Below are positions 49,144 to 57,454 of a DNA stretch of 64,000 nucleotides, in pieces. The translations under genes were made by a program, and so were the position numbers. Source of the stretch: Nitrososphaerota archaeon (GTDB lineage Archaea > Thermoproteota > Nitrososphaeria_A > Caldarchaeales > Calditenuaceae); contig JBEPYO010000001.1 of the NCBI GenBank assembly GCA_041641295.1, forward strand, positions 1-64,000, in the 5' to 3' direction. The notes beneath the pieces are model-generated. The model worked only from the letters and a program-made list of their open reading frames with translations. It ran no database searches and was not told the origin of the DNA. How positions within the stretch are numbered: the stretch's first letter is position 1; every line of letters begins with the position of its first letter.

Positions 49144-49578
49144 ATGAAAATGAGAAATAGAGTGAAGAAGCGCACCAGTAGTAAACTGTCGTCAACTCTA
49201 AAAGCCCTTCTTCCGCTTATCTTATTCTCAGCCCTCATTGCTTGGCTTGTCTGGCCTCAGACACCCTCCCAGACATCTTTGGGTACTATTGAAGGTAGAA
49301 AACCCGTCTTAAACCCTGACCTTTTCAAGGGTGTTGTGAGGGAAGCATACATGACAGCCAAACAGTATCCAGAACTCCTTGAACAGATAAGGTGCTATTG
49401 TGGCTGCGATAATCCAATGCACACCCCCTACCACAGAAGCCTGTATGAATGCTTCACTGATACACACGGATCAAACTGCCAAGTATGTGTTGATGAAGCG
49501 ATACTCGCGAGGAACCTCTACCTAGAAGGAAAGACACCCGCAGAAATCAGGTCAATAATCGATCAAAGATACGCTTGA
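49144..49578 (+). CDS. PCYCGC-motif family membrane-anchored protein
   Basis: RCYCGC, HRSLYECF, HGSNCQVC, IDQRY. Confidence 0.85.
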   Translation: MKMRNRVKKRTSSKLSSTLKALLPLILFSALIAWLVWPQTPSQTSLGTIEGRKPVLNPDLFKGVVREAYMTAKQYPELLEQIRCYCGCDNPMHTPYHRSLYECFTDTHGSNCQVCVDEAILARNLYLEGKTPAEIRSIIDQRYA

Positions 49579-49707
49579 TAAGCCCTTTGCTATGAAGCGT
49601 CTAAATCTTGCGAGCTTTTCCACCATTTCTGAACTAAAAAACAGGGGGTCTATAAGGATAGGGAGATGCCTCACTGGTTTAACACCTCTCATACCGGCCT
49701 GTAAGTG

Positions 49708-50781
49708 TCAGGTGAATGGCGTATCACGCCATTTAGTGGCGTTAGCCTCTATTACTCTCAACGCATTCCCGTAAGCTATCTTTTCTACGTCTTGCTTCGA
49801 TAATCCGCGTGACAAAAGCTCGCTCCAGAGATTCCCGAACATCGTGATATCTTCTAGGCCTCGGGGCTCGTCAAGATGCATGATGCCGAAGAAATCGGTT
49901 CCTATTGCCGGTATATCCGGGCCGAAATTATCATGTATGTAAATTATATGGTCCGCGACTCTTTTTACGTCTGCGTCTTTCCCCAACGTTGGTAGAATCA
50001 TAGTGATGCCAACAACGCCCTTATTTCTTTTCAAAGCGTCCAGTTCTTCGTCGTCGAGATTGCGTGCATGTTTTTGTATGGATGCAGCGTTTGCGTGACT
50101 AACAATTGCTGGCAGCTTGGAGAGGCTCAGCGCTTCGATGGTGCTCTTCTTGCTTGCGTGGGCCAAGTCTATTATGACGCCGAGCTCGTTACACCTTTCA
50201 ACTAGGTCTTCTCCGTCGCCTGTTAAGCCGTAGTCCCGCTTAGACATGCATGAGGCGGCATACTTGTTGTCGAAGTTCCAGGTGAGCTGGAGAGACCTAA
50301 TACCTAGCATGTAGAACAGGTCTATGTCCTCAACATCCTCAAGCGGCTCGGCACCCTCTATAGCCATTAAGAACCACGTCTTTCCACCTCTCCGCGCTTC
50401 ACCGAGGTCTGAGGAAGTCCTTAAAAGCCCTAAATCGTTTTTATGTGCTGACAGGAGATTATAGTACGTCTTGACATGTTCTAGGGTTACCATCGTGGGT
50501 GAGCGTATCCTCATCGCTCCGACCTTTACACCATAACCCGTTACCTGCTGTCTAAGCCTGGACGGATTCTGCGTAGGGATGATGTGGGCTATGGAGGAGA
50601 AGACGATCCTGACATCGGCTCTCTTGAACTTGGGGATGTCGCCATGCCTTCCTTTTAAGTCGACGTCGAAGCTCTCCGGCTTAAATTTTAACCCATAGCC
50701 TCCAAGAAAGTAGTATAGCGAGATGTCCTCGTGCAAATCTATTAACGGTGGGCTAAGCCTCGTAGCCAATCCCTCAGGCAT
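49708..50781 (-). CDS. Membrane dipeptidase (peptidase M19)
   Basis: IDLHED, IEGAE, LTWN, DLAH, SHAN, GTDF, GNALRV. Confidence 0.9.
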   Translation of the reverse strand: MPEGLATRLSPPLIDLHEDISLYYFLGGYGLKFKPESFDVDLKGRHGDIPKFKRADVRIVFSSIAHIIPTQNPSRLRQQVTGYGVKVGAMRIRSPTMVTLEHVKTYYNLLSAHKNDLGLLRTSSDLGEARRGGKTWFLMAIEGAEPLEDVEDIDLFYMLGIRSLQLTWNFDNKYAASCMSKRDYGLTGDGEDLVERCNELGVIIDLAHASKKSTIEALSLSKLPAIVSHANAASIQKHARNLDDEELDALKRNKGVVGITMILPTLGKDADVKRVADHIIYIHDNFGPDIPAIGTDFFGIMHLDEPRGLEDITMFGNLWSELLSRGLSKQDVEKIAYGNALRVIEANATKWRDTPFT

Positions 50782-50875
50782 CAGGCATAGCCCGCTTCTT
50801 TATACATTTTACCCCATCCCCATTGAAATTCTGCCACGGGAAAAGGAGCTCTTTGACCCGCCCATTTCCATTATT

Positions 50876-51814
50876 CTAAGCAGTCCGCTGCTTTGCTATA
50901 CTCTTGAGTATCTGTGATGCGAGTCTACGCGCGTCTCCGCGGCTATTCATGCGTGTGTCTAGGACTAGGCATTGTCTACCCTCCGCCTCGATTTTACTTG
51001 CCAGTTCAGCGTCTTCTACGTCAATTACCATTACGTCTATTATGTCTCTGTAGAGTGAGTAGACACCGTATGCTGTGGGCTCGACTCCGATCATTTGGAG
51101 CATCTTATCGGCTGGGCCCTTTATTGTCTTGCCGCCGATTATGGGGCTGACTGCTATTTTCTTCGCCGGGCTTCTTTTTAGCGCGTCTCTGAAGCCTTTG
51201 AGGCCCAGTATAGGTCCTATACTCACGATCGGGTTGCTGGGGGCGATAGCTATTATGTCCGACTCGAGGACTGCTTGGATTGCCTCATGGAGGGGCTCAG
51301 CCTTCTCAATGCCCTCAAACCATATACGCCTCACATCTACACTGTATCCATGTTTGACGAAGTATTCTTGGAATCGCAGCACGCCTAGCTCAGTCTCGAC
51401 CATGGTCCTCACACGGTCGTTAGTCATCGGCAATATTCTCGCCCTCACCCCTAGGGCTTTTCTAAGCCTTTCAGTTGCCTGCGAGAGTGTGAAACCTTCT
51501 TTTAACATCTTGGTCCTTATCAGGTTTAATGCTAGGTCTTTGTCGCCTATCTTGAACCAGTTTTCTATGCCGAGCTTTCCTAGCATTTCGTTGCAGTTGA
51601 AAGTATCGTTTCTTATCCCCCATCCACGCTCCCAGTCCCCGACCCCCGCCAGAGTGTAGAGGACGGTGTCTATGTCTGGGGAGACATGGAGGCCGTAGAA
51701 CTCCTCATCGTCAGCAGTATTGACTATAACTACGACCTCCTCGCTTTCCGGTGTCTCGTCGAGGACTCCGGCGGCGAACCTCGCACCGCCAACACCGCCA
51801 GAAAGTATTGTTAT
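50876..51814 (-). CDS. cofD: 2-phospho-L-lactate/PEP transferase (F420 synthesis); ATA start
   Basis: In-frame N-terminus ITILSGGVGGARF..VNTADD..SPDIDTVLY; also GDKD, FQEYF, PSNPIVSIGPI, KGPA. Confidence 0.92.
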   Translation of the reverse strand: MTILSGGVGGARFAAGVLDETPESEEVVVIVNTADDEEFYGLHVSPDIDTVLYTLAGVGDWERGWGIRNDTFNCNEMLGKLGIENWFKIGDKDLALNLIRTKMLKEGFTLSQATERLRKALGVRARILPMTNDRVRTMVETELGVLRFQEYFVKHGYSVDVRRIWFEGIEKAEPLHEAIQAVLESDIIAIAPSNPIVSIGPILGLKGFRDALKRSPAKKIAVSPIIGGKTIKGPADKMLQMIGVEPTAYGVYSLYRDIIDVMVIDVEDAELASKIEAEGRQCLVLDTRMNSRGDARRLASQILKSIAKQRTA

Positions 51815-52443
51815 GATATCGGCTCACCCCACATGTTTCTGTAAGCTATCTCCTTAACTGGTTTCCGGGTTTTGGGGCGTGTGCCTCCTGGGTGTGCTAT
51901 CTCGATTAGGGCTTGGGGTTCTAGGTGTGGGGGTAGTTTTAGGACCCTGCGTACGGCTTCTGGTGCGAAGAGGGGGCCGCAGCGCCAGCAGGCGCCTAGG
52001 CCTTGGATGTGGAGTGCAAGTAGTAGGTTCTCGATGAAGGCGCCTATGGACTGGACTGCCATTACATATTCGCACCTCTGCCTTCTCTCGTCAGGGTACT
52101 TGTCCATCTCTTCCATCGTTAGGCAGACAACTATCACCACAGAGGCCCTCAAGGTCCTCTTCTTCGACTCCTCTATTATTATCTCCACCTTCCAGTCAGG
52201 GAGGCCGTCCCCCTTCAGGTCGCGCCTCCACTCAGCAGCCATCTCTTCAAGCAGCCTCTCCAAAACGACTCTATCATCGATAACCACGACACGCCATGGC
52301 TGGGAGTTGTGCGCGCTCGGAGCCGAGATTGCGGTCTCTAGCGCCCTAATTATCTTTGAGAACTCCACTTCCCCTGGGGTTAACAGTTTTGAAGAACTCC
52401 TACCCTCGATCATCTTAAGTAATTGCTCGGTACTAAGTTCCAT
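51811..52443 (-). CDS. Nitroreductase-fold protein, FbiB C-terminal/FbiE-like
   Basis: APSAHNSQPW, W..DL..DG, YPDERR..E..MAVQS.GA, GLGACW. Confidence 0.8.
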   Translation of the reverse strand: MELSTEQLLKMIEGRSSSKLLTPGEVEFSKIIRALETAISAPSAHNSQPWRVVVIDDRVVLERLLEEMAAEWRRDLKGDGLPDWKVEIIIEESKKRTLRASVVIVVCLTMEEMDKYPDERRQRCEYVMAVQSIGAFIENLLLALHIQGLGACWRCGPLFAPEAVRRVLKLPPHLEPQALIEIAHPGGTRPKTRKPVKEIAYRNMWGEPIS

Positions 52444-52488
52444 GTCGCCTAGATGGGCCCTGTAGTGATGATTTAACTCTTCGCCGAA

Positions 52489-53154
52489 TTATCCATCTTT
52501 TTTTAGAAAGTCCTCAGCGATATGGATGTCTTCTAACGTGTTTATATTTATTCCCAACTCTCTAAACTCCAGTGATATTAAATTGGGGGTTGAGAAGTCT
52601 GGCGGACCCTCGCTATCTTTCCTGAAGATCCTAAGGCCGGCTGGCTGATATTCCACACCACCGTGTCGGATGATTGTCGGGACTCTAGACAGACCCTTAA
52701 CACTGTCATAGGGCAATACATAGACAATGTACTTAACCTCATGTTGTTGCGAAATGTCTAATGCAGTTTGGATGTGGTGTGGCTTCAGGGTTGGGATGTC
52801 GCAGGATACTATCAGATAGGTGGCTTTTTGCCGCGGTGTTAGGTATTCTGAGAGGTCGTTTAGGAAGCCTGCGCCCTGGGCTATATACGGCTCGTACCCC
52901 ATCTCTTGGAGGTATTTTGTGGTCTGGGGAGTGTGTATGCTCGTCACGAAGTCGACGCTTTTTATGGCGCTGCAGCCCTGTATGGCGCCTAGGGTATAGC
53001 TGATGAGTGGCTTTCCTAAGACCTTGACTAGGGGCTTTTCTCGCCCGCCCATTCTCGCTCCCCTGCCCCCACACATAACGACGGCGATTACTTTCCATGC
53101 CTTTTCATTATAGAAGCTTGGAGTATGCGGCGTATCCATTATCCTGTTATTCAC
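52489..53154 (-). CDS. NTP transferase, CobY-like guanylyltransferase
   Basis: MCGGRGARMG.EKPL, SCDIP, NINT..D; start may be 53139. Confidence 0.7.
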   Translation of the reverse strand: MNNRIMDTPHTPSFYNEKAWKVIAVVMCGGRGARMGGREKPLVKVLGKPLISYTLGAIQGCSAIKSVDFVTSIHTPQTTKYLQEMGYEPYIAQGAGFLNDLSEYLTPRQKATYLIVSCDIPTLKPHHIQTALDISQQHEVKYIVYVLPYDSVKGLSRVPTIIRHGGVEYQPAGLRIFRKDSEGPPDFSTPNLISLEFRELGININTLEDIHIAEDFLKKDG

Positions 53155-53728
53155 CTCCTCTCATTTTTGAGTAGACGATTATGGCGATGAGTGTGGGGAT
53201 GCCTATCCATAGTGAAGTGTAGGATAGGATTCTGATGAGTGAGTAGGTTTCAGCCTCGTTCTCCGATACTATTTGGAGGCTGCCTTCAACTCTTCCAGAG
53301 CCCTCCGGTCCCGAGATTATGAAATATACGTCATAGACCCCGGCTTCATCAATTCTGTAGGACCAAGTCTTGATGCCGAGGTGGGTCGCCTCAGGGCCCC
53401 CAACTATCGAGAGACGCCCCGGCTTTAATAATATCAGCGTGAAATTGATTGGGGTCGAGCCGAGTGAGGCCCCCTGTATCGAGGCTGTTATTTGGAACTC
53501 CTCGCCGACTCTAGGTGTGGCAGGGATTACGTAGGCCTCAAAAAGATAACCTCCCACTCTGGTGGGCGTACATATGGCTCTAGCCGGCCCCTCAGGAAAT
53601 GCAAAAGAATTAACGTAAACTAAAGCTCCAGCTGATACTGCCATTAATAGTGAGAGCGCTAGTATAGCAACTCTAACGCCCCTTAACAAGTCCCTACCGG
53701 CCGTCTCTATTTTTGGGGATTTAAACAT
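53147..53728 (-). CDS. Hypothetical protein: TM, Ig-like domain, TM
   Basis: Two hydrophobic ends; PRVGEE, AGVYDV beta motifs. Confidence 0.65.
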   Translation of the reverse strand: MFKSPKIETAGRDLLRGVRVAILALSLLMAVSAGALVYVNSFAFPEGPARAICTPTRVGGYLFEAYVIPATPRVGEEFQITASIQGASLGSTPINFTLILLKPGRLSIVGGPEATHLGIKTWSYRIDEAGVYDVYFIISGPEGSGRVEGSLQIVSENEAETYSLIRILSYTSLWIGIPTLIAIIVYSKMRGGE

Positions 53729-53803
53729 GCGGCCACTATAGAAGGTATTCCAGAGCGAAATTAGCTTTAAGAACAGGCACCAAGTTATATCCTGAGAGCC
53801 GGA

Positions 53804-54343
53804 TTGACGGCCCGGAGACGACTACTGCAGGGGATATTGGCGACAGCTGCCATAGTCGTGGTATCCCCATTCACCCAACTCATCAATTTCTTCTACAGGA
53901 AGGAGGAAGGAAAAGCGCAGCGACAAAAGATAGCTAATTTGAAGGACCTGTCCCCAGGCTCCTACATCTACTTCTCATACCCCCAGACTGGCGACCCGAA
54001 GGTTGATAATGACCCGTTCAGACAATTCGTCCTCATAATGACGAGTGACGGCCAGTTGAGAGTGTACAGCAGGGTCTGTGTCCACCTCTGGTGCCTCCCC
54101 TCCTACATCCCCTCTAGAGGCCAGCTCATCTGCCCCTGCCACGGCTCAATCTACCGGAACTCGGATGGAGTGGCTATAGGAGGTCCGGCCGCCTATCAGC
54201 CCTATCCAACAAATGCCCTGCCGATGGGTAGGATAGAGGTTGACAATAATGGGGATATCTGGATGGTCGGCGTTGAGGGTAGGATAGGGTATGGTAGAGA
54301 GTGGCGTAATGTTAAGCCTGAGGACCTAGTTAAGCGGGTGTAG
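53804..54343 (+). CDS. Rieske [2Fe-2S] protein (bc complex)
   Basis: Tat RRRLL; CVHLWC and CPCHGS. Confidence 0.93.
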   Translation: MTARRRLLQGILATAAIVVVSPFTQLINFFYRKEEGKAQRQKIANLKDLSPGSYIYFSYPQTGDPKVDNDPFRQFVLIMTSDGQLRVYSRVCVHLWCLPSYIPSRGQLICPCHGSIYRNSDGVAIGGPAAYQPYPTNALPMGRIEVDNNGDIWMVGVEGRIGYGREWRNVKPEDLVKRV

Positions 54344-54348
54344 CTATT

Positions 54349-55725
54349 ATGTCCTCTAGTGCTAAGACTATGCGTGAGCTCGTCAATAATCTTTGGAAGT
54401 GGACAGTCGATAGGCTTGAAAGGACAACCATCGTGGTGTACAAGTTTACTGTGCCTAAGCAGTATGTTAGCCCCTTTGGTTATCTCGGCACCCTCACAGC
54501 GATTGTCTTCGCGATTCTAGGAGTATCAGGGGCCTTCCTCATGTTCTACTACAGGCCAGACGTTGAGCTCGCATTCCTGAGTGTACAGGAGATTCAGGAG
54601 AAAGTCCCGTTTGGCTTCATAATGAGAAACATACACTACCATGCCTCGAATCTAATGGTTCTCCTCGCAGTTCTACACCTCTACTACCAATACTTCTCAG
54701 GCCGCTATAAGATAAAAAACGAGGTTCTTTGGGTTACGGGCGTAATCCTAGGGGTTTTGACAGTCTTGGAGGCCTATACTGGTTACAACCTCATAATGAA
54801 TCAGAGGGCTATGCTGGCGGTAAATATAGGGATGGGGTTGACATTCTCTGCGCCTGTTCTCGGCCCCTCGGTAGCTCCCATCTTCCTAGGTGGTGGCCTG
54901 TTCGATCTAATCATAAGGTTCTATGCCCTCCACGTCTTCATACTCCCTCTGCTCATGTTGCTGCTGGCGGCTGTCCATTTTCCGAGGGCTCTAATCATCG
55001 ACTTCCCGGTCATATCAGCGGTAGTCGGTGTAATATTCATCTCGGCAGGCCTCTTCCCAGCTGAGCTCGGCATCAAATTCGACCTGACGCGTGGGATAGT
55101 AGAGGTTCCCGAATGGTATCTTACGGCAATATACGCCTTCCTTAGGGCTGGTACGGAGCGGTTCACAGCCGGGGCCCTACTTCCTTTGCTCTTCGTAATA
55201 CTCTTCCTCATAGTCCCATTCGTAGACAAGTCTAGGAGGTTGTCCTGGAAGGATAGGCCATTCTTCACTGGCCTCGGTGTTGCAAGCATCGCGTTAATTG
55301 CCATCACCACTGTCTGGGGCTTCTATGTAGACTTCTCAAAGGAGACGGCCTTCGACCAGCTGTATATTGAGCCGACGCTATTTTACGGCACGATAGGCGG
55401 TGTGACAGTGGCCAGCTTCTACGCCACATATTTTTACATGTCTAGGCAGAAGAGAGGTGCTAGGCCTACACCGACAAGGCCGATCATGCTCAGCCCCAAG
55501 GCCTCCACCAGCCTGATGATAACACTCCTCATATTCATCGCGGCAGCGGTGGCGGCGACATTTTACACCTACTCGATAAACCTGCCCAACCACTCCATGT
55601 TCTATCTAGGTATCGCCTTCTTCCTATTCGGGCTGCTACTGCATATATATAGGCACTCACTTTCGGTTGAGGAGCGGCTCAAGGCCCAAAAACAGCAGCA
55701 AAAAGCCGAAGCAGCCAGCCAGTAG
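54349..55725 (+). CDS. Cytochrome b of Rieske/b complex
   Basis: RNIHYHAS, LHL, YALHVF..VHF heme ligands; PEWY; PFVD. Confidence 0.93.
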   Translation: MSSSAKTMRELVNNLWKWTVDRLERTTIVVYKFTVPKQYVSPFGYLGTLTAIVFAILGVSGAFLMFYYRPDVELAFLSVQEIQEKVPFGFIMRNIHYHASNLMVLLAVLHLYYQYFSGRYKIKNEVLWVTGVILGVLTVLEAYTGYNLIMNQRAMLAVNIGMGLTFSAPVLGPSVAPIFLGGGLFDLIIRFYALHVFILPLLMLLLAAVHFPRALIIDFPVISAVVGVIFISAGLFPAELGIKFDLTRGIVEVPEWYLTAIYAFLRAGTERFTAGALLPLLFVILFLIVPFVDKSRRLSWKDRPFFTGLGVASIALIAITTVWGFYVDFSKETAFDQLYIEPTLFYGTIGGVTVASFYATYFYMSRQKRGARPTPTRPIMLSPKASTSLMITLLIFIAAAVAATFYTYSINLPNHSMFYLGIAFFLFGLLLHIYRHSLSVEERLKAQKQQQKAEAASQ

Positions 55726-55825
55726 CTCCTGATCATTTTTAAAGCCGAAGGTTTTAATCGGAGAAGAGTCTGGCCGCCTAGCGGGTGGGATAGGGCTGGA
55801 AGAGGTTACGGACGTCTTAGAGGAG

Positions 55826-56014
55826 TTGAGGAGGATTGTGGATGGGTGGGGTGAGGTTGAGGAGGAGTATGGCGGCTATGCCATTAAAGTAGTCAATGGG
55901 GCTAAACTACCCTGGAGTAGAATTTGCGAACTGCTCCTCAGGATAAATCATGAGATATGGATTGAGCGGCGCGGAGAGGATATGTACATAGTGTCTAAGC
56001 CCCTAGCTGACTAG
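55826..56014 (+). CDS. Small hypothetical protein (start may be CTG 55796)
   Basis: Protein-like ORF with its own TTTTAA element upstream. Confidence 0.55.
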   Translation: MRRIVDGWGEVEEEYGGYAIKVVNGAKLPWSRICELLLRINHEIWIERRGEDMYIVSKPLAD

Positions 56015-57420
56015 GGCATTAGTGGGATCTGCAGATATATCAGTAGGAGGGCTAGTGAGAGGGTGAGTAGGCTGACTATTGCGCCAATCTTAAACCACTC
56101 CATGAAGGTAATATGTCCAAGCCTCTGCCTCTCGACCATACCTATGGCGACTATGTTGGCGGTGCTTCCGATCATCGTCATATTCCCCATGAGCGTACCC
56201 GCGAAGAGAAGGACCCACCAGAGGGGGTAAATCGGCAGGCCTGTCTGTCCCAGCTCTTGGAAAATCGGAATCAAGACTGCTACCGCCAATATGTTATCCA
56301 TGAATGCGGTCATCATTCCTGAAATGAACCCTAGTAGCGGGATGGCGAGCGCTATATTTCCGCCAGTTAAGTTAGCAAATATTGAGCCGAAGACGCTGGT
56401 AACTCCCACATACTTAAGCGTCCCCACGGTCGCGAAGAACATTAGGAAGAAAGTCAGGGTCCACCAGTCAACACGCTTCTCCAAGAGCTCCCTCGCATGC
56501 TCTCCTTGGAGGAAGAGTGCAGCAGAAGCCCCTATGAGGGGTGCGGCGATAAGCATTGTATTCTTCTCGAGTGAGAGGGCATTTTCTATCGCCGTATGCC
56601 CGATTAGGAGGGACATGGTGAATAGGAAGAGAAATAGAGCCTTCTTATCCAGCTTGTCAGGCCCTCCATTATCCGGCTGTGCTTTCGCGGCTACGAGCCT
56701 GTATTCTGCGAGCCTTTCATCCATCAGCTTAAAGTACTTCCTATAGTACGTATATCCGACAAGCATCGTAACTAGGAGTGCCGCTATAGAGATCGGCGTT
56801 GCCCATCTAAGGAACTCTGCAAAGCTCAGACCCGCCCTGAGAGCTATCATTACGCCGACTGGGTTGCCAACAACTGTTGCACTGCTCCCAATATTAGTGG
56901 CGAAGATAACCAATATCAGCAAGGGTATGAAATTAATCGCCAGCCGGCTTGTCAAGCGCAAGACCAACGCTGTCATGAACAAAATTGATGTAACCTCGTC
57001 TACAAGAGCGGCTGAGAATGCCGCCATCCCCATCAACAAAACCATCGATGATCGGGCTGTCCGGGCAGCACCCATTATCCGGTTTAGCAGGTATTCGAAG
57101 AAGTGCCTCTCCTCGAGATATCCAACCACGATCATCATGCCGATCAGGAATATTATAATATCCAGTCCTGCGAACTCGACTAAGTGAGTAACATCTAATA
57201 GTCCTGTGGAAAGCAGTGCGAAAATACCGATAAATGCGAACGCCACCCTAAGCCTCCAGAAGAGTAGAATACTCAGGATAATGCCTAAAAATACCGTGAA
57301 AGATATGACTTGCGTACTAGTGAATAAGCCTGTAAAGCTAATGAAGGCGTAGGCAAGTATAACCCCCAAAATCCATGCAAGTAACCGGTAGCGAATCATA
57401 CGAATAATCCTCCCACTCAC
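56011..57420 (-). CDS. ArsB/NhaD/SLC13 family permease
   Basis: SAALVDEVT, ATNIGSSATVVGNP, DN, GSTAN. Confidence 0.88.
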   Translation of the reverse strand: MSGRIIRMIRYRLLAWILGVILAYAFISFTGLFTSTQVISFTVFLGIILSILLFWRLRVAFAFIGIFALLSTGLLDVTHLVEFAGLDIIIFLIGMMIVVGYLEERHFFEYLLNRIMGAARTARSSMVLLMGMAAFSAALVDEVTSILFMTALVLRLTSRLAINFIPLLILVIFATNIGSSATVVGNPVGVMIALRAGLSFAEFLRWATPISIAALLVTMLVGYTYYRKYFKLMDERLAEYRLVAAKAQPDNGGPDKLDKKALFLFLFTMSLLIGHTAIENALSLEKNTMLIAAPLIGASAALFLQGEHARELLEKRVDWWTLTFFLMFFATVGTLKYVGVTSVFGSIFANLTGGNIALAIPLLGFISGMMTAFMDNILAVAVLIPIFQELGQTGLPIYPLWWVLLFAGTLMGNMTMIGSTANIVAIGMVERQRLGHITFMEWFKIGAIVSLLTLSLALLLIYLQIPLMP

Positions 57421-57454
57421 GATTTATAATTTTCCCTTCGACGTACACACCAGC

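Larger units (their letters stand above)
28702..49600. other. Accessory metal-resistance/redox region downstream of tRNA-Leu (island-like)
   Basis: Begins at the tRNA 3' end; merA, copA, cupredoxins, long AT-rich spacers. No integrase or att repeat seen; right boundary approximate. Confidence 0.5.

Noticed and set aside
49650-49670. GATAGGGAGA shared with tRNA-Leu intron 1, as a possible attR
   Set aside because: Only 10 nt and not the tRNA 3' end; plausible by chance
52465-52490. GTGATGA...CCGA as a C/D box sRNA
   Set aside because: No convincing C' or terminal D box; better explained as the minus-strand promoter of the nitroreductase gene
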